Assembly: GCA_003344405.1 (NCBI GenBank) | Contig: NOWV01000129.1 | Coordinates: forward strand, 186,001 to 215,873 | Origin: Trichoplax sp. H2 | Lineage: Eukaryota | DNA: 29,873 nucleotides | Direction of reading: 5' to 3' | Part shown: piece by piece, positions 1-13,231 of the stretch | Position numbering within the stretch: the first letter of the stretch is position 1 | Layout of the letters: each line of letters opens with the position of its first letter | Translations under genes and position numbers: made by a program | Notes under the pieces: generated by a model | What the model saw: the letters and a program-made list of their open reading frames with translations, nothing else | Told to the model about the DNA's origin: nothing | Database searches by the model: none

Positions 1-961
1 GAGGTACCCTTCACTTAATTTTCGCCATCGACATCGCTCGTTATTTTTTATATTTTACTTATTCCCCACTTTAAATTAAATCAATAGTAAACAATTCTTC
101 TTATTTTTTAACTCTAAAAGATATGAATAACCTTTTAAAGTGTAGATTGATGAGGTTACTTAATTTGTATAGATGATGATAGATTAAAAGAGTTGATGTT
201 AAATTACTATCTGTGATATATACCAATCACGAAATTCCAAATTTTAGAAAAATAAGGGCTTTATTGAATCTTATACAAAGATCAACTACACACAGCTCTA
301 CTTTAGCTGAATACTACTACTAAAGACTTCTAGAACGAACTAACAGAATAATCTAAAGTTGCATGCTTTTATACTTTTCGTAGCATTCGCAGCTACAATC
401 CGCATGGCAACCTTTTACCTTATTTTACACATAGTTAAATTATTCTTAGTAAGACTATTCTACTGCGGACCAACATTAATCTGATATGGATACGACTACA
501 GTACTTACGTAGACATTATTCACACCAGCCAAAGTACAATGAATTTCGTGACCGGTATATATCACAACCGACTATATGTTTCATAAAGACTAGTGCAAAC
601 TCCCGTCGCTTTACTGACGGTTTACGATAATGTGCTCATTTAACATCTTTTACGAGGTTCAGTAACTTTATACCGTACCGTATGCTCGGAATTAAGCCGA
701 TTTTCATACTAATGAGATATTTGTTAAATTTAAAAGGAAAGGATGACATCGGTATATGAGATGCATATCCTTTATTTTCGATATATAAATCGCAGCTTGA
801 CTCATTAATTATTTAATTTTACTTTTTTCTATCTAAAACAAAATCAATAATAAACAATTCTTATTATTTCTCAACCCTAATAGACGTAAATAATCTTTTG
901 CAGGTCTGGATATATGAGGCTATTCAATTTATATGATATTTTGAAAGGTTGATATTAATTT
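1..961 (+). repeat. Diverged direct duplication of ~200 bp (approx. 1-205 and 758-961)
   Basis: AAATCAATAGTAAACAATTCTTCTTATTT..TGAGGTTACTTAATTTGTAT..GTTGATGTTAAAT versus AAATCAATAATAAACAATTCTTATTATTT..TGAGGCTATTCAATTTATAT..GTTGATATTAATT. Confidence 0.75.
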
Positions 962-2720
962 AGTGTTGAGTATATTTTATAGCTTACAAATACACACAAT
1001 TGACCGAGATTACAGATTTTGTATTTTAATATTAGATAAGATGTTTCAGCTAGTAAATAGGTTAAGGTAGCACATGAAATTAAGCTGATTTGCATATTAA
1101 AAGATCTTTGCTATCTTTAAAAGAAAAAAATATTAAGATTTTATCCTTGTTAACGATTAATATCGGAATATGGATGAAAAATTTCAAATTCAATTTTGAA
1201 GCATATACTATAATCGATGTCATATCAGTATTTGATCCTGATCAATTTAAAAATTACATACGTGCCCAAATAGTTAAAAAATCTATTATTTTTTATTAAG
1301 GTAGTACGCAATTTAATTATATAAATATCTAAAATTGATTAATTTTTAGTAAAATTGATCAGTGCATTTATTTGGTAGAAATAGAAATATTAGCTAGAAA
1401 ATAAAACAATATTATTGGGTATTTCTAGCCATACAACTGCTTTAAAGTCTAGAAATATTGATACCTATGTGGTATGATATTAAATATTTGATTTAAATTT
1501 GACCTTTGAAGGGATTCATTTTAGTATTTAGTGTATATTAACTACAGTAAATAATTAACTAGCAAGGTTGTAATGAAAGATTATCTACAAAATTCATGTT
1601 CTGTACCATGAAAGACTGCATTCAGCGCTATTATTGGACAAGTAAGTGGATTTGAAAGTTTAGAATTTACCATAATTATTATGGAATGGCTCGATATTAT
1701 AAACGAGTCTGTCGTGCATTAAGGTTTCACTATTAATAAATAAAATTAATGATTAATGAAGTGAACTTTTAGAATTGTCTGAAATTTATCGCATTCAATA
1801 CTAGACATGCCTATAATTATGCTGGCATGTTCTGTATTGCGTAAAGGTAGATGATCAGGTGAGGCAACGATTAAAGTCCAATCGATAAATAAATAAGAGC
1901 ATGTAAATGTTAGTAACAGATTAAAATAATTTTCGTTGGCAAGAAAAGAAATATGAAAGATTTTGTTTTAAGGAATACCTACTGTGATATTAGTAGAAGC
2001 CTTGATCATTATAAAGATTTGTAAGCTTACATAGTCATAAATTGCAGCTGATGTGACCTGGGAATTTTGATCGTTAGTGTTTTGATTGTAGACAAGTTTG
2101 GTACTTTAGCAGCTGTGTTCTGCTTCTACTATTAGTTTTTGAAAATAACAGTCTGTTATAGAATTATCTTTTTATAGCATAGACTATACCAACTTGTAAG
2201 TACTTATATGATAGATCAAACTATAAACTGATAAGTTTTACTCAGAATCTATCATAATATTCAATAACTGTGAATTAGAGAAGTAAGCTTCGCGACAGTA
2301 TTATTCAGTGGATAAATGAAAACTATACATTATACTCGTATAGGCAACTTTTCTAGGAAAAAATGACGTTCTCACTCCCCCCTCCTTGCAAGAGATAAAA
2401 TTTGAATTAAGAAATCTTTAATTATGTTAAGGCAAGTTAATCGAGTAATAACAATAATGACGTCAACTTGATATTTAAACCTTCAAAAATGATATCAAAA
2501 ACTGTTCTTAAAATTTTTACGTTATTTGCTAAATACTTTAATTATTAATTAAGGTTAAGTATAAATAAACAAGACAAGAATGACTGTATTTCAATCAGCT
2601 TATCAATTTTACGGCAAAGATATAAAAAACTCATTAGAAATATCAATTTGCTTACTTTTATTGGTATTTGTCGCTCTTTCTTATCCATTTTCATTTATTA
2701 TCATATGATAGTTTCGCAAA

Positions 2721-3575
2721 ATGAAATTTACGGCATTATCATTGGTTTTCTTCATCTTCAGCATAGTACCTTTTACTATACAGGCGGTAAGTAATTTAAT
2801 CGATTGATATCCGCATAAACTGCTTTTTTATTCTGTTTCAAAAAGGTTGTTATAATCGCTTATTAATTTTTTTTGGAAAATTTTTTATTTTAACAATTAG
2901 ACTACCAATGCGAAATCTTGCCTACAGGCTAAAGATATAAATGGAGTTAGCGAAAATGGTTTCTATATCCTATACGATAACCAATATCGACCGTTTATCA
3001 CATTTTGTGATTTCAATTCTGATAAAGGATTTATTTGGACACTTATTGAGTCATTTTCCTTGAATAACAGCATGAAAGCCAAATATCGCAAGGGATTTTT
3101 TCAGGATTTTCCAACTGTTAGTAGTTTTATTGACTTGCAGGAATTTCGATTAGAGAACTCAGTTATGAAATCGATTGCTGGTGCGCCAGGATCGACCCAT
3201 TTTCGCACAACATGTAATTTTAACACGAATGACCGCAAAGGAATACAGAATCATCTAGACTATTTGCGTGTATCATTTTGTAATTTTCCCAATTTCTTTA
3301 AAAATGTTAACAACAATACATGTACTAAGGTGGATTATATTAATGTCCAAGGACAATCCTGCAGAGATTGTAGTATTCCAATACATGATGGCGGTAATGA
3401 ACATCATATGTTAGCTAATATCGAAAGATCCCCGGACGATTGTGATCGTTTGAAATTTGGAGGTGCAAAAGGATATGCTTTTGGTGATTACAGGCTTTTA
3501 GATTCAAAATTTTCATGTTCAATGGCATCTAATTCGACTACCAATTGGTGGATTGGAGGTGCAGATATGTCGTAA
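2721..3575 (+). CDS. Secreted fibrinogen-related/intelectin-like Cys-rich protein, paralog A (exons 2721-2786, 2901-3575; ~246 aa)
   Basis: Exon 1 encodes the signal-peptide-like MKFTALSLVFFIFSIVPFTIQA followed by GTAAGT. A pyrimidine tract and AG end at 2900. Exon 2 is in frame with ORF 3060-3575 and begins TTNAKSCLQAK..NGFYILYD..FCDFNSDKGFIWTLIES, the 'SC..G.Y..FCD..WTL' pattern of fibrinogen-C-like N-subdomains; it ends ...TNWWIGG. Confidence 0.85.
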
Positions 3576-4356
3576 ACGTTATCTAGCCCACAGTTAGAAT
3601 GGAATTGCAGCTGGAAGATTGAGATTCACAATTTAAATCGCCATATGAGGAGCTCTTCCCTGACCTCATAAATATAGCATGTGCTAATTTGAAGTACTTA
3701 ATTAGATTGAATGAAGTCTTTAATATTTTTGATGGTTGATGTTTTATTTTATATATCTGCTGCTAGTTAAATTATAATCAAGAAATAATTATGATATCGA
3801 AAATAATGCCAGAAATTACTTTTATTATTGGGTTATTATTAAGAAACTGCTAGAACAAATACCATGGCTAAGTGTTGTTACGCATTGTGATTGCAAACAT
3901 TTCATTAGAGTTGATGTGTTCGATTAAAGTGTTAAGTAGAGTGATTTGGCCATGATTTGAAGGTGGCTGACCAAAGGTTCTTTAAATTTTACCGCAAATT
4001 ATGGATGTTACAGGTCCACATAGAAAAGTTGCGCGGTTTTTTGGTAAAGATTCTATAGATTCTGAAATTGATTTGATTTTTACTAATAAGCGTATAATTC
4101 AAAAGTAATAAAATGTTAACAATTGAACTACGACGTGTATGAATAATTATTGTGATACAAATTTTCACGAAGAATATGCGGATGCAGCATCATTTAGCAT
4201 TTAGATTGTAAATTATTAGCTACGTTTAGTATGATGTAAGGTACGAGTATCTTACTCTAATTATTATCAGGCATATTTAGTAATACCTATTATTTACTCG
4301 TATTACGCTATATTCGTTAGATTGTGCATTAATGTGATGCATTACTACATACAGTA

Positions 4357-5470
4357 TTTAGCTATAGCATATATTGTATAGAATTACTCTTCCTTAAAAA
4401 ATCTTAAAAGTACAGTATTATACGCGTAGATATTAGATTGCATGCTGTAGCTGATACAGTTTATAGTAATATATAGTATTATTGCACAACTACAACTTAA
4501 TCTATATACATAAAAGTAGAAGCGGTTTTTTGTAATAATATTACGACCAAACGTAGAATGGTACTTTAAAAATTTTTAGTGATAACGCTAGGCTGTGCAA
4601 ATTATGCATATATAGATGCTGTATAAACATTTGTATTTGCAGTAATAGATTTAAACGTTTTGTGGGAAAAACTAGGCTATGCTGGGTTTCGTAGCTAATA
4701 CTAGCGTATAGAAACTATTCTTCCTTAAGAAATCTGAAATGTACCGTAGATATTACATACATGCTGCCTTTAATGCAGCTTATGATAAAATATTGCTTTA
4801 AAGCATATTTGAAATATGTACTTGTTAAGGTGTTGCATTGTCATTAGGATAGTTTAATAAGTACAGTAGTAGCTAGTATGAAGAATATCCATATTTGTAG
4901 TGCTAGGTAAGAGAAGTAATGCCTTAACGTGGATATTTGTGATAGTTCATTACACATTTGATATTGATTGTTATTGTGTGATAGATAGCAGTAAGATGAT
5001 TCAAGTTCTAGTTGGTGATAGTTGAATTAAACAACCTACGAGCTTAGATTAAGATTAAGTATGAGTAAGAGATTCAAATATTTACTGATAGAAAAGCTGT
5101 GTAAGGAACATCTCAGTTCGAGATGTTTCTCCTAGTAAGGTATAATAGTAATACTGTTGTTGTTTATAAATTAGACGGTTCTTATATAAACGGCAACATT
5201 TGAGTTGAGTGGTTTGGTAAAAAGTTGTAGATGTATCTTTGCTAATAAAAGTTTCATCTTTGCAGTATTTTGCTAAATATGTTTAATGTTAAGTAAAAGG
5301 GCGTTTTAAGTCGGTAGCTACTTATAGACTTTTACTGTACGTTACCTTGTCGCAGAAGTGAAATTGTGACAGTACTGTATTAATTAATCCTGCTTAAGAA
5401 ATCTTAAATATACTGTAGCTATTATATTATATGCTTTCACTTATACTGCTCATAGTAACATATCGCATTA
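4357..5470 (+). repeat. Three diverged copies of a ~100-120 bp non-coding unit (approx. 4357-4480, 4691-4800, 5381-5470)
   Basis: Shared core CTTAA(A/G)AAATCT(T/G)AAA..TAC.GTA..TATTA..ATGCT..ATA(G/A)TAA.ATAT in all three copies. Confidence 0.7.
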
Positions 5471-6899
5471 ACGTATAATCTTACAAATATGGCGTAATAT
5501 ATAACAGCCCATAACAATATACTGTAATTAAAGATTCTATGTTAGAATCTAGTTGACTATATACTATAGCTAAATGCCATAACTACTAATTTTTATAGTA
5601 AAATACAACATTAATGCCCACAATCTAACAAAAATAGCGTAATATACGGTATGTCACTTGAAAGTTGTAATCATAGAGGTTTTCTCTATGGTCATATAGT
5701 GATGCCTCCTGCATTTGATTGTATGGATAGCTATATTTGATATGTTTTCTCATAATAGATGTTATCGTGATGCTAATATTAGATGAATACTTACAACTAG
5801 CTGCATGTACGGTGCTGATGTTGATGCTTTATTCTGTACTACACTTGTACTTTCGAATTGTCAGTAGATGCAGTTGTATAGGATGAATAGTGTTTAAGTA
5901 TAAGTCTGTTTGTAGCTGTAGCTATAAAATAAGATCGAATATTCCTATGCTAATTGTAGCCGTAAACGTTACAAAAAAAAGCATAATGCATAAAGCTAAC
6001 ACTCCAATCACTCTTACGCAAGACACTTTATATACCCCCTGGGGTAGGTTATTGCGTAAAGGCAGGAATGATTATTCTTGTTCTGCAGTTTCTCAAGTAG
6101 GCTAGAGCTTGCCTTCAAAAATTTGTTACTCCTGTACTAATTATTGCGAAACTACTCGTACATTAGCCCATTGCTCTATTATAACAAATAAAGCTACGAC
6201 AGGGCATTAAAAGTATTTATTTGTAGTTACAATTCTACTATTTTCTAACGAAGTTGGTACTCCGGTCGGGGTCTCACACATTAATCAAAATACCGCACTT
6301 ACAATTTTCTCGCACTTTTTTACTTCGTCATCATCATTACTTTGCAAACTTATAACCTAGTCATTGCGTTCGCAAGAATTTATATCTGACCTCGATCTAT
6401 GGCGTTGGAATCATATATCGAAGCTATACGTATAGTACAATATGTAAACTCTGTATAGTATTACAGTATTCATTTATATTTCACAATCATAATAATACCG
6501 CCGTGTTGCCGTACAATTATCTTTCATGCACAGCTTACTGTATGACGATATTTAATATTAATTTTACCTTTACTACTGTATGAGTTTAACCTAACACAGA
6601 GCAACGATTTGCTGACATGGTAACAACGAAATAAAGTTGTAAGATAAAGTCAACTCTTAGCTTTAACAAAGGATTTATAGTCAATTATGATAATTGCATG
6701 CTAAATTGCAATGCTGTTTCTGTACCGATATTATTCATATTACTATACCTTTATCTAACAGGTAACTTTCTGGCCAATGTATACAATTTTAATTTAACTT
6801 GCTATTATAGCTCAATTTAGCAGTTTTAATAATTAAATCACCCTGCTAATTTTAATCATGAATAATCTCTAATATGCACTGAAAACACTTCCATTACTT

Positions 6900-7505
6900 A
6901 AGAAATTAATAAATCATGTTATGAGTTATGGACATATATACTAATCGCGGATACGAATGTTGGAAGTATACTGACAGGCAACTTTGGGGAACTTAGTAGT
7001 TCTTTCTAAGCTCTTTCTAGTTACTGTATTCGGTTATGAGTACACCGACTAAATTTATTGTATTTATACTCTGTAAGACAGTGTAATATTGTATTCTAAG
7101 TTGATGATATATTTAGTAATGTCTACTGTAGGTGTTGTGTTCAACATATGATAGATATTCTCGTTAGAGACTTAATTATTAAATATAGCTAGCTTAGTAG
7201 CTGTATTCCTTTTGAAGAGGAGCGCTACAGTGCTTACACTAGAGCTTCACACGAAAGGTGTAAACTAGCCTGTATTTGAGATCCTAATACTGAAGTGTGT
7301 AGTAAGTAAGGTGTTAAGACTGTAAACGCAGAAAAGTATAAAAGGGAGTAGTTTAGTAAAGTAAGATAGTACTTTCTCGTTAGAGGTCCTCAGCTAATCG
7401 ATTACATTGTACCTTCGTAAACGAAGTTTTGTTCAATAAATCTTAATTTTCTAAAGTTTTGAAGATTCTTGATCTATCAACCTCACATACTCGTATTCTA
7501 CACTT
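6900..7505 (-). repeat. Diverged inverted copy of non-coding segment ~140-730
   Basis: The reverse complement shares blocks with 140-730: AGTGTAGA..TGAGGTT; TTCAAAACTTTAGAAAATTAAGATTTATTGAA ~ TTCCAAATTTTAGAAAAATAAGGGCTTTATTGAA; TTTTATACTTTTC; GTAGACATTA; CGGTGTACTCATAACCGA ~ CGGTATATATCACAACCGA. Block order is collinear; ends are approximate. Confidence 0.6.
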
Positions 7506-8868
7506 GGTAGACGGTAAACTGCTATTGCTGTTACTTTGATAAAAAGTTCGAGTAAGTTTAATTTACGTTAATTTGTTAAGATTCTTTAATAATGCTAGAT
7601 GATATTAACCGATTTTACTAATTTGAAGGTAGAATGAATTCTCATTGAGGACTGCTGCAGTTTTTATAGAGTTTTCGACAATTCTCTCTCTATAATTACA
7701 CGTCTTTGCGTCGCTACACAATTATTTGACTTAATGGTACTTAGCTTAGAAAGTATATTTTACATATATTGCTTGGCTAGAGCTCGAATTCTAATCGAAC
7801 TGTAAAACTTAATCATGTGGCAGTCCGGTGTATAGAATAACTCTACATGTTCACAAATATCTGAATTCTAGCATCAGTTCTTTTGCATAGAGGTAATGAA
7901 TGTAAATTTATTGCATAGAAGTAAATGGAAGTAAATCTAAAATTAATTAGACAGTTAATTATTTCGATTTATTCGACTGGCAGAATTAAAGAAATATCGA
8001 ATAAGATAAGTATTACCCGTATTATAGAATGCAGGTTATGAAGTTTGCAGAATCAATGCTGATCAGCACAAAATCATTCAACTATTAAAATGAAGTAGAA
8101 ATTTAGCCTAATTTTATTTATTTTGCATATATTATCCATAGCATTCTTGACCCTAGAATTTTTGAAATTAGTAAGATTCCATAGAATATTCTCTATCTAT
8201 TCATAGGATAATCATCATATGTCTTTGAAATATTGTTATGTGCCAGAGATAAATCAAAGTCGAGAATCTAAAGTTCGAGTACGCAATCATAACATGTTTT
8301 TGATGCTAAAAGTATACGCAACGATATGGTCAATTTATGAATAAGATCGATATCTACACGATAAGAATCGATTGTGATATCAAGAGTCAAGCTTAATATA
8401 GATTCTCTGCGTAAAATATATCGCATGCATAATTTTGTAGAATACATAAGAGATTAAATTGTGGTAATAGAATTAATTGACATATCGATAATTACTGTAA
8501 CTGTTAGTAGCAAATGCTATGAACTTGCAAAGAAATTGTAAAATCAAATAAAATGTATATTTAGAGATCCATGAATTAAAAATAACATCACTAATATAAA
8601 TATAATCTTTAAACTATAGTCAAAAGGTTAAATAGACTTTCTGAAGTTATATATTAAAAACACTGCGTTGTTATATTAATATGAAAGAGGTGAAAATAGT
8701 TTGACAAATAAGTCAAGTACAAATTTGTCATAGTAAGGTAAAAATATCAGATTACGACCGCAATTTACTTTATTCATTTTAGAACAGTTTCGATTGAGTT
8801 AAACCTCTTGCTATAGCTTTGTATAAGATTATACTGAAATAATAGGTCAACCACTATAACGAAGAGAA

Positions 8869-9746
8869 ATGATGTATAGATTATTCTCATTGCTGTTAAT
8901 ATGCTGTATGATGCCTATCTCTATACAAATGGTAAGACTATTAATAGATTGAAATCACTTCTGTTCATTTATTTACTGTTCATCGCATGCTGTAAATCAA
9001 TATCGGACGTACGAGTATACATCTCTATGATTCCAATTAAATAATGTTGCAATTATTGTATTTAGACAATTAAGCCTAAATCTTGTCTACAAGCTAAAGA
9101 ATTAAAAGGCGCTAGCAATAATGGTTTCTATGTGATATACGATAGTCTCAATAGACCATTTACTACATTTTGTGATTTTAATTCTGATGTTGGATTTGTT
9201 TGGACACTTATTGAATCGTTATCGTTAGCTAATGCTAAGAAGTCCAAATATCGTAAAAGTTTCTATTACGATGTTTCAACAAGCGGTTGTTCTATTAACT
9301 GGTCAGAATTTCGATTATGTAAATCAGTTATGAAATCGATTGCAGATGCACGAGGATCGACGCATTTTAGGGCAACATGTAATTTCAATATAGAAGATAT
9401 TAAAGGAATTAATAATCATCGAGACTATCTACGAGTATCATTTTGTAATTATCCGAATTTCTTTAAAAATGTTGCTGCTCATTTTTGTACAAAAATGGAC
9501 TATGTTAATATTCGAGGTCATACATGTCGACAGTGTAGTATACCGCTATATGATGGTGGAAGCAGCTACCACATTTTACTTCAAGTCGATCACGCGAAAA
9601 ATATCTGTGATAAATGGGTAGTTCCAAATACAGTCGTACACGATTTCGCTTTCGGGGATTACAGGTATATGAATTCTAAATTTACATGCGCAAATTCATC
9701 TACTTCTATTACAAATTGGTGGATAGGCGGTGCGTATATCTCGTAA
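8869..9746 (+). CDS. Secreted fibrinogen-related/intelectin-like Cys-rich protein, paralog B (exons 8869-8931, 9066-9746; ~247 aa)
   Basis: Exon 1 MMYRLFSLLLICCMMPISIQM is followed by GTAAGA; acceptor TTTAG at 9061-9065. Exon 2 TIKPKSCLQAK..FCDFNSDVGFVWTLIES is in frame with ORF 9132-9746. Intron position and phase match paralog A, and identity is roughly 55-60% by eye. AATAAA at 9844-9849. Confidence 0.85.
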
Positions 9747-10542
9747 TATGAATTTTCTTAGTCCTTCAAGGAAACGTTAAGATTTAGACATAAATATACA
9801 TTGAAACTGTATTTGAATTTACCATGGAAGAAGTTCTTACTGTAATAAATAGCTATGCAAAGTTTGATTAAAGACGCATTAGAAGTGATTGATGGCTGTG
9901 CTAAAGAATGCTTAATTAATCAATGTATTTGACATAATTCTTACGTGCGCCATATTAGAACTAGACTCGTTGATGTCGTATTTATGAAAATTTTTTAGAG
10001 GTAATTACTGATTTATAAGCTGTCCTTACTGATTGTTAAATATAAGTATTCCCTTTTATAATAATATGCATCAGTAACTAGAATGTTTTTTGAAAATGAT
10101 TATTTATCGTATATAAACCTATATATTTTTTGTTTGCTGTTAGTAAGTACTTCTATATAGTTTAAGTCGTTATATGGAGAACTCTTTCGTAATGATCTCA
10201 TTATAAGATTACTTAACAATTTTAGATACTTGATTATGCGGTAAATCACATACAGTGTATAACTATGTATCATTTCACTTTAATCACCTGTACTGTACTA
10301 CTGTACGTAGCTTATTTAATTTACTTAAGAGTATGTTACATACTTGCAAAACGGCATATTGTATTTCCTCTGTTTCCTCTATTTTGCAGCAAATTTACTC
10401 AGCATACATCTACTCGTATGCAACTAAACACTGTTCAGTGCATTGTAACATGACAGGATTATAATCATGCATATACAATTTTACGATCTCATATACAATT
10501 CATCTATTTTCGTACAATCTAACAAACTTAGTCCTAGATATA

Positions 10543-10722
10543 TTAGGGAATGTACTGCAGTAGCATAAATATGATAGTTAATTAAACTATGACCATAGTA
10601 GTAGAGTAGTTCAACGGTGAAGTCAATTGCACGTGGACGAGGATTGACACATTTTCGTTCAACATGTAATTTTGAATGCTAGCAATAGCAAAGTAATTTG
10701 TAGGCGTCGAGACTATCTTCGA
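10543..10722 (+). pseudogene. Decayed fragment of a third paralog of the secreted fibrinogen-like family
   Basis: 10611-10722 reads STVKSIARGRGLTHFRSTCNF, then a +1 frameshift at ~10674, then NASNSKVICRRRDYLR; paralog B reads SVMKSIADARGSTHFRATCNFNIEDIKGINNHRDYLR. The upstream part aligns weakly and contains stops. Confidence 0.8.
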
Positions 10723-13231
10723 CATGAATGTATACCATATTTATTTGATGAATAAGATTTTTAGAAGCATCGCAATGTCTAGCATTCTCTGATAATATTA
10801 CTGAAATACTTAGTTGTAAAAATTATTAGATCATTACGATACATACCATTGTTATAATAGCTTTAACTGCTTTAAAACACGACATGCAGGTTGATGTTAT
10901 GGATCAGAATCTTGAATCTGCTTACAAAAATGCATGCATGATGCTAAAATTTTGATCGAGCAAAATGTAATTGCCTAATTATTCCTAAGTAATTACACCT
11001 ATTTGTCAAATCTGTTTTTGATGATTAGTAAATTTAAAGCTTGCAAGCTTTTCAAGTTACTTGTAACCTTAAGTGAAGCTTCTAGGATTAAAGCGAATTG
11101 GTTTTGTGGTGATTAATCATCAGAAAGTCTAACACAGCTACGAAGGTTCATGGAGAATATACATTGCGTAAAAACATAAGTGGTAATTTTCTGCCCACCG
11201 CAATTCTCTATGAATGCTAGAACTAACATGTTGCAAAGATGAAATACGAGAATAAAGTATGAGAATATAATTGCTACTAGAAGGAAATACGAATTTATTA
11301 CAGCTTTTTTTATCAGAAACTTGTTCAACTTGAAATAGACCATGTTGATAAAATGTCTTATAATTATGGATATAGTATACGAACTCCAAACTAACGGAGT
11401 CACTATTGATTCATTTGCCTAGCATTTGTAATATTGAGCGTTTAGGAAGAGTTGTCGGAAAAGATCATTTAAAAGCTGTTGAGGTTTAACGTAGTACTGG
11501 CAAGAATACACTAGGCATATGTAAAATTATTACTGCGGTTGATTGCATGCACTGTATCTGTTTATCATATACTAAGCTCTCAATAAAATACTAAAATAGA
11601 CAAGTATCTTTACTGCTTGCCCAGTATTTTTCTAATTTCAGTATAAACAATGATTAAATTCAAATGAGAACACAACACTATAATATTGTCTCCGACCTCA
11701 ATAAATTGAAAATAGTAAACATGGATCAACATATTTTATTTGAAGAAAGGGCTAAGGCAATTTAAAATGACATCAGGTATTTACACAATTTCAATAATCA
11801 GTAATACAATGTTATCTATTTATAATAGCTTAAAATACTGCTTGATAATATTTTTCGCTAATGACAGAATTAAATTAATAAGTTATTGTTAGCAGAAATA
11901 AATCTACCTTTCAGATTATTCTTAAAGTTAAAAGAGTCAAAAATCAAGGTAAGTATGTAGCTAATGAGATCCCTTTAATATTCTGATTTTTTCTGGTTGA
12001 TTAAGTCAGACAATTCTCCTTATCGGTGCAATGCAACGTTGAAAATGTAGCCATGCTTTAAGATATTATCATAGAACATAGAATACAACTTTGATAGGAT
12101 ATCGGACTAAGAGGAAATGGTAAGCAGTTTCTATTTTGGATTTATTTACTTCATAGTAACAAGATAATTGCGTTATATATTTAACACATGTTGGAACTAG
12201 CCGCTAAAGAGGACTTAATGATTAAACCAATTGGATACTACATTAGATAATGGCTCAATATTGAATTAGTTACTTCTCAGTCGATGATTATGAATGTTAG
12301 TTTCGTATTCCTGCAGCTTAATTCAAGTAGTAAGTCATATAAATAGAATAAAAAGTTAGGCAACGCTCTAAGTTAAGATACTAGATGCTTAAATAGTTAG
12401 ACAAAAATCTCGTATTACAATAGTAGGTACATTATTTTAAACGAAATAAAGTGAGATAAATAAGTTCGGAATATTTCAAATAATAAGGATGCTAGAAAAA
12501 AATTTGTTGTAGTTTATCAGGTTTTTCTTACTCTAATAACTCATTTTGTTTGAGGGAAAAGTGTCTATGCTTTAATTTTATTCAAGTGAGTTTGAAAAAT
12601 CTTTATGTATTTAATTTGAAAGTGACACGCAAATCATCATTGTAAATGCAATGATTCATATGGAGAAGATTACATTAGTCGCAGTAATTTTTTCTTATCT
12701 TAGGAAAACGAACTAGAATATCGAAAGTAATTTATACTGTTAACAATCAATAGTTCTTCAATTTATTATCTAAGGTTATTAATATCTATTCCTTTACATA
12801 ATGCAAGGCATAATCTATTTTATTAGGGTAATGGTTAAAAGTTGTATTTTGAACGAACTGTCATAGAAAGGGTTTGCGTACGGATCATTAATTAAGATTT
12901 TCTTAGCTATTTAGTAACTAGCAGATAATAGTTGTATTCCCCAATTTCTTAGGTAGTAGAGTTAATACGGAGAAAATGGATGAAAAAGATTTTTTACTTA
13001 GCTAGCTAGACTAATTCTTTCATAATTTATATTGAATTAATCCACTAGCGTTACTATGAAAATTTATAATAGTAGTCTTATTAATGAACTGGAAAGGGTA
13101 TAAATATTTTGTCTAGCGCCTTTAATTGTGGATTAAATCGAAACTATTACATGTAGATCTAGCTATCCACGTTCACATAAACTAAATCCTGTAAACACCG
13201 GAAAATTTATTAAAATATCCATAAAACTTAC

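Noticed and set aside
1090-1299. 69-aa ORF
   Set aside because: Non-ATG start, AT-rich composition, no motif or splice support.
5107-5127. 8-bp inverted repeat AACATCTC/GAGATGTT
   Set aside because: Isolated short hairpin expected by chance in 30 kb.
5890-6105. 71-aa ORF
   Set aside because: GTG start, no recognisable domain; likely a chance ORF.
10255-10464. Two overlapping short + strand ORFs
   Set aside because: No motifs and unrelated to the adjacent pseudogene fragment.
11113-11403. Hydrophobic 96-aa - strand ORF (possible TM/GPCR fragment) and overlapping 83-aa ORF
   Set aside because: Hydrophobicity is expected from AT-rich codons; no diagnostic GPCR motif or convincing splice link.
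12696-12713. Possible tiny terminal exon (FVFLR*) after the kinase-like domain
   Set aside because: Plausible acceptor, but too short to distinguish from chance without transcripts.
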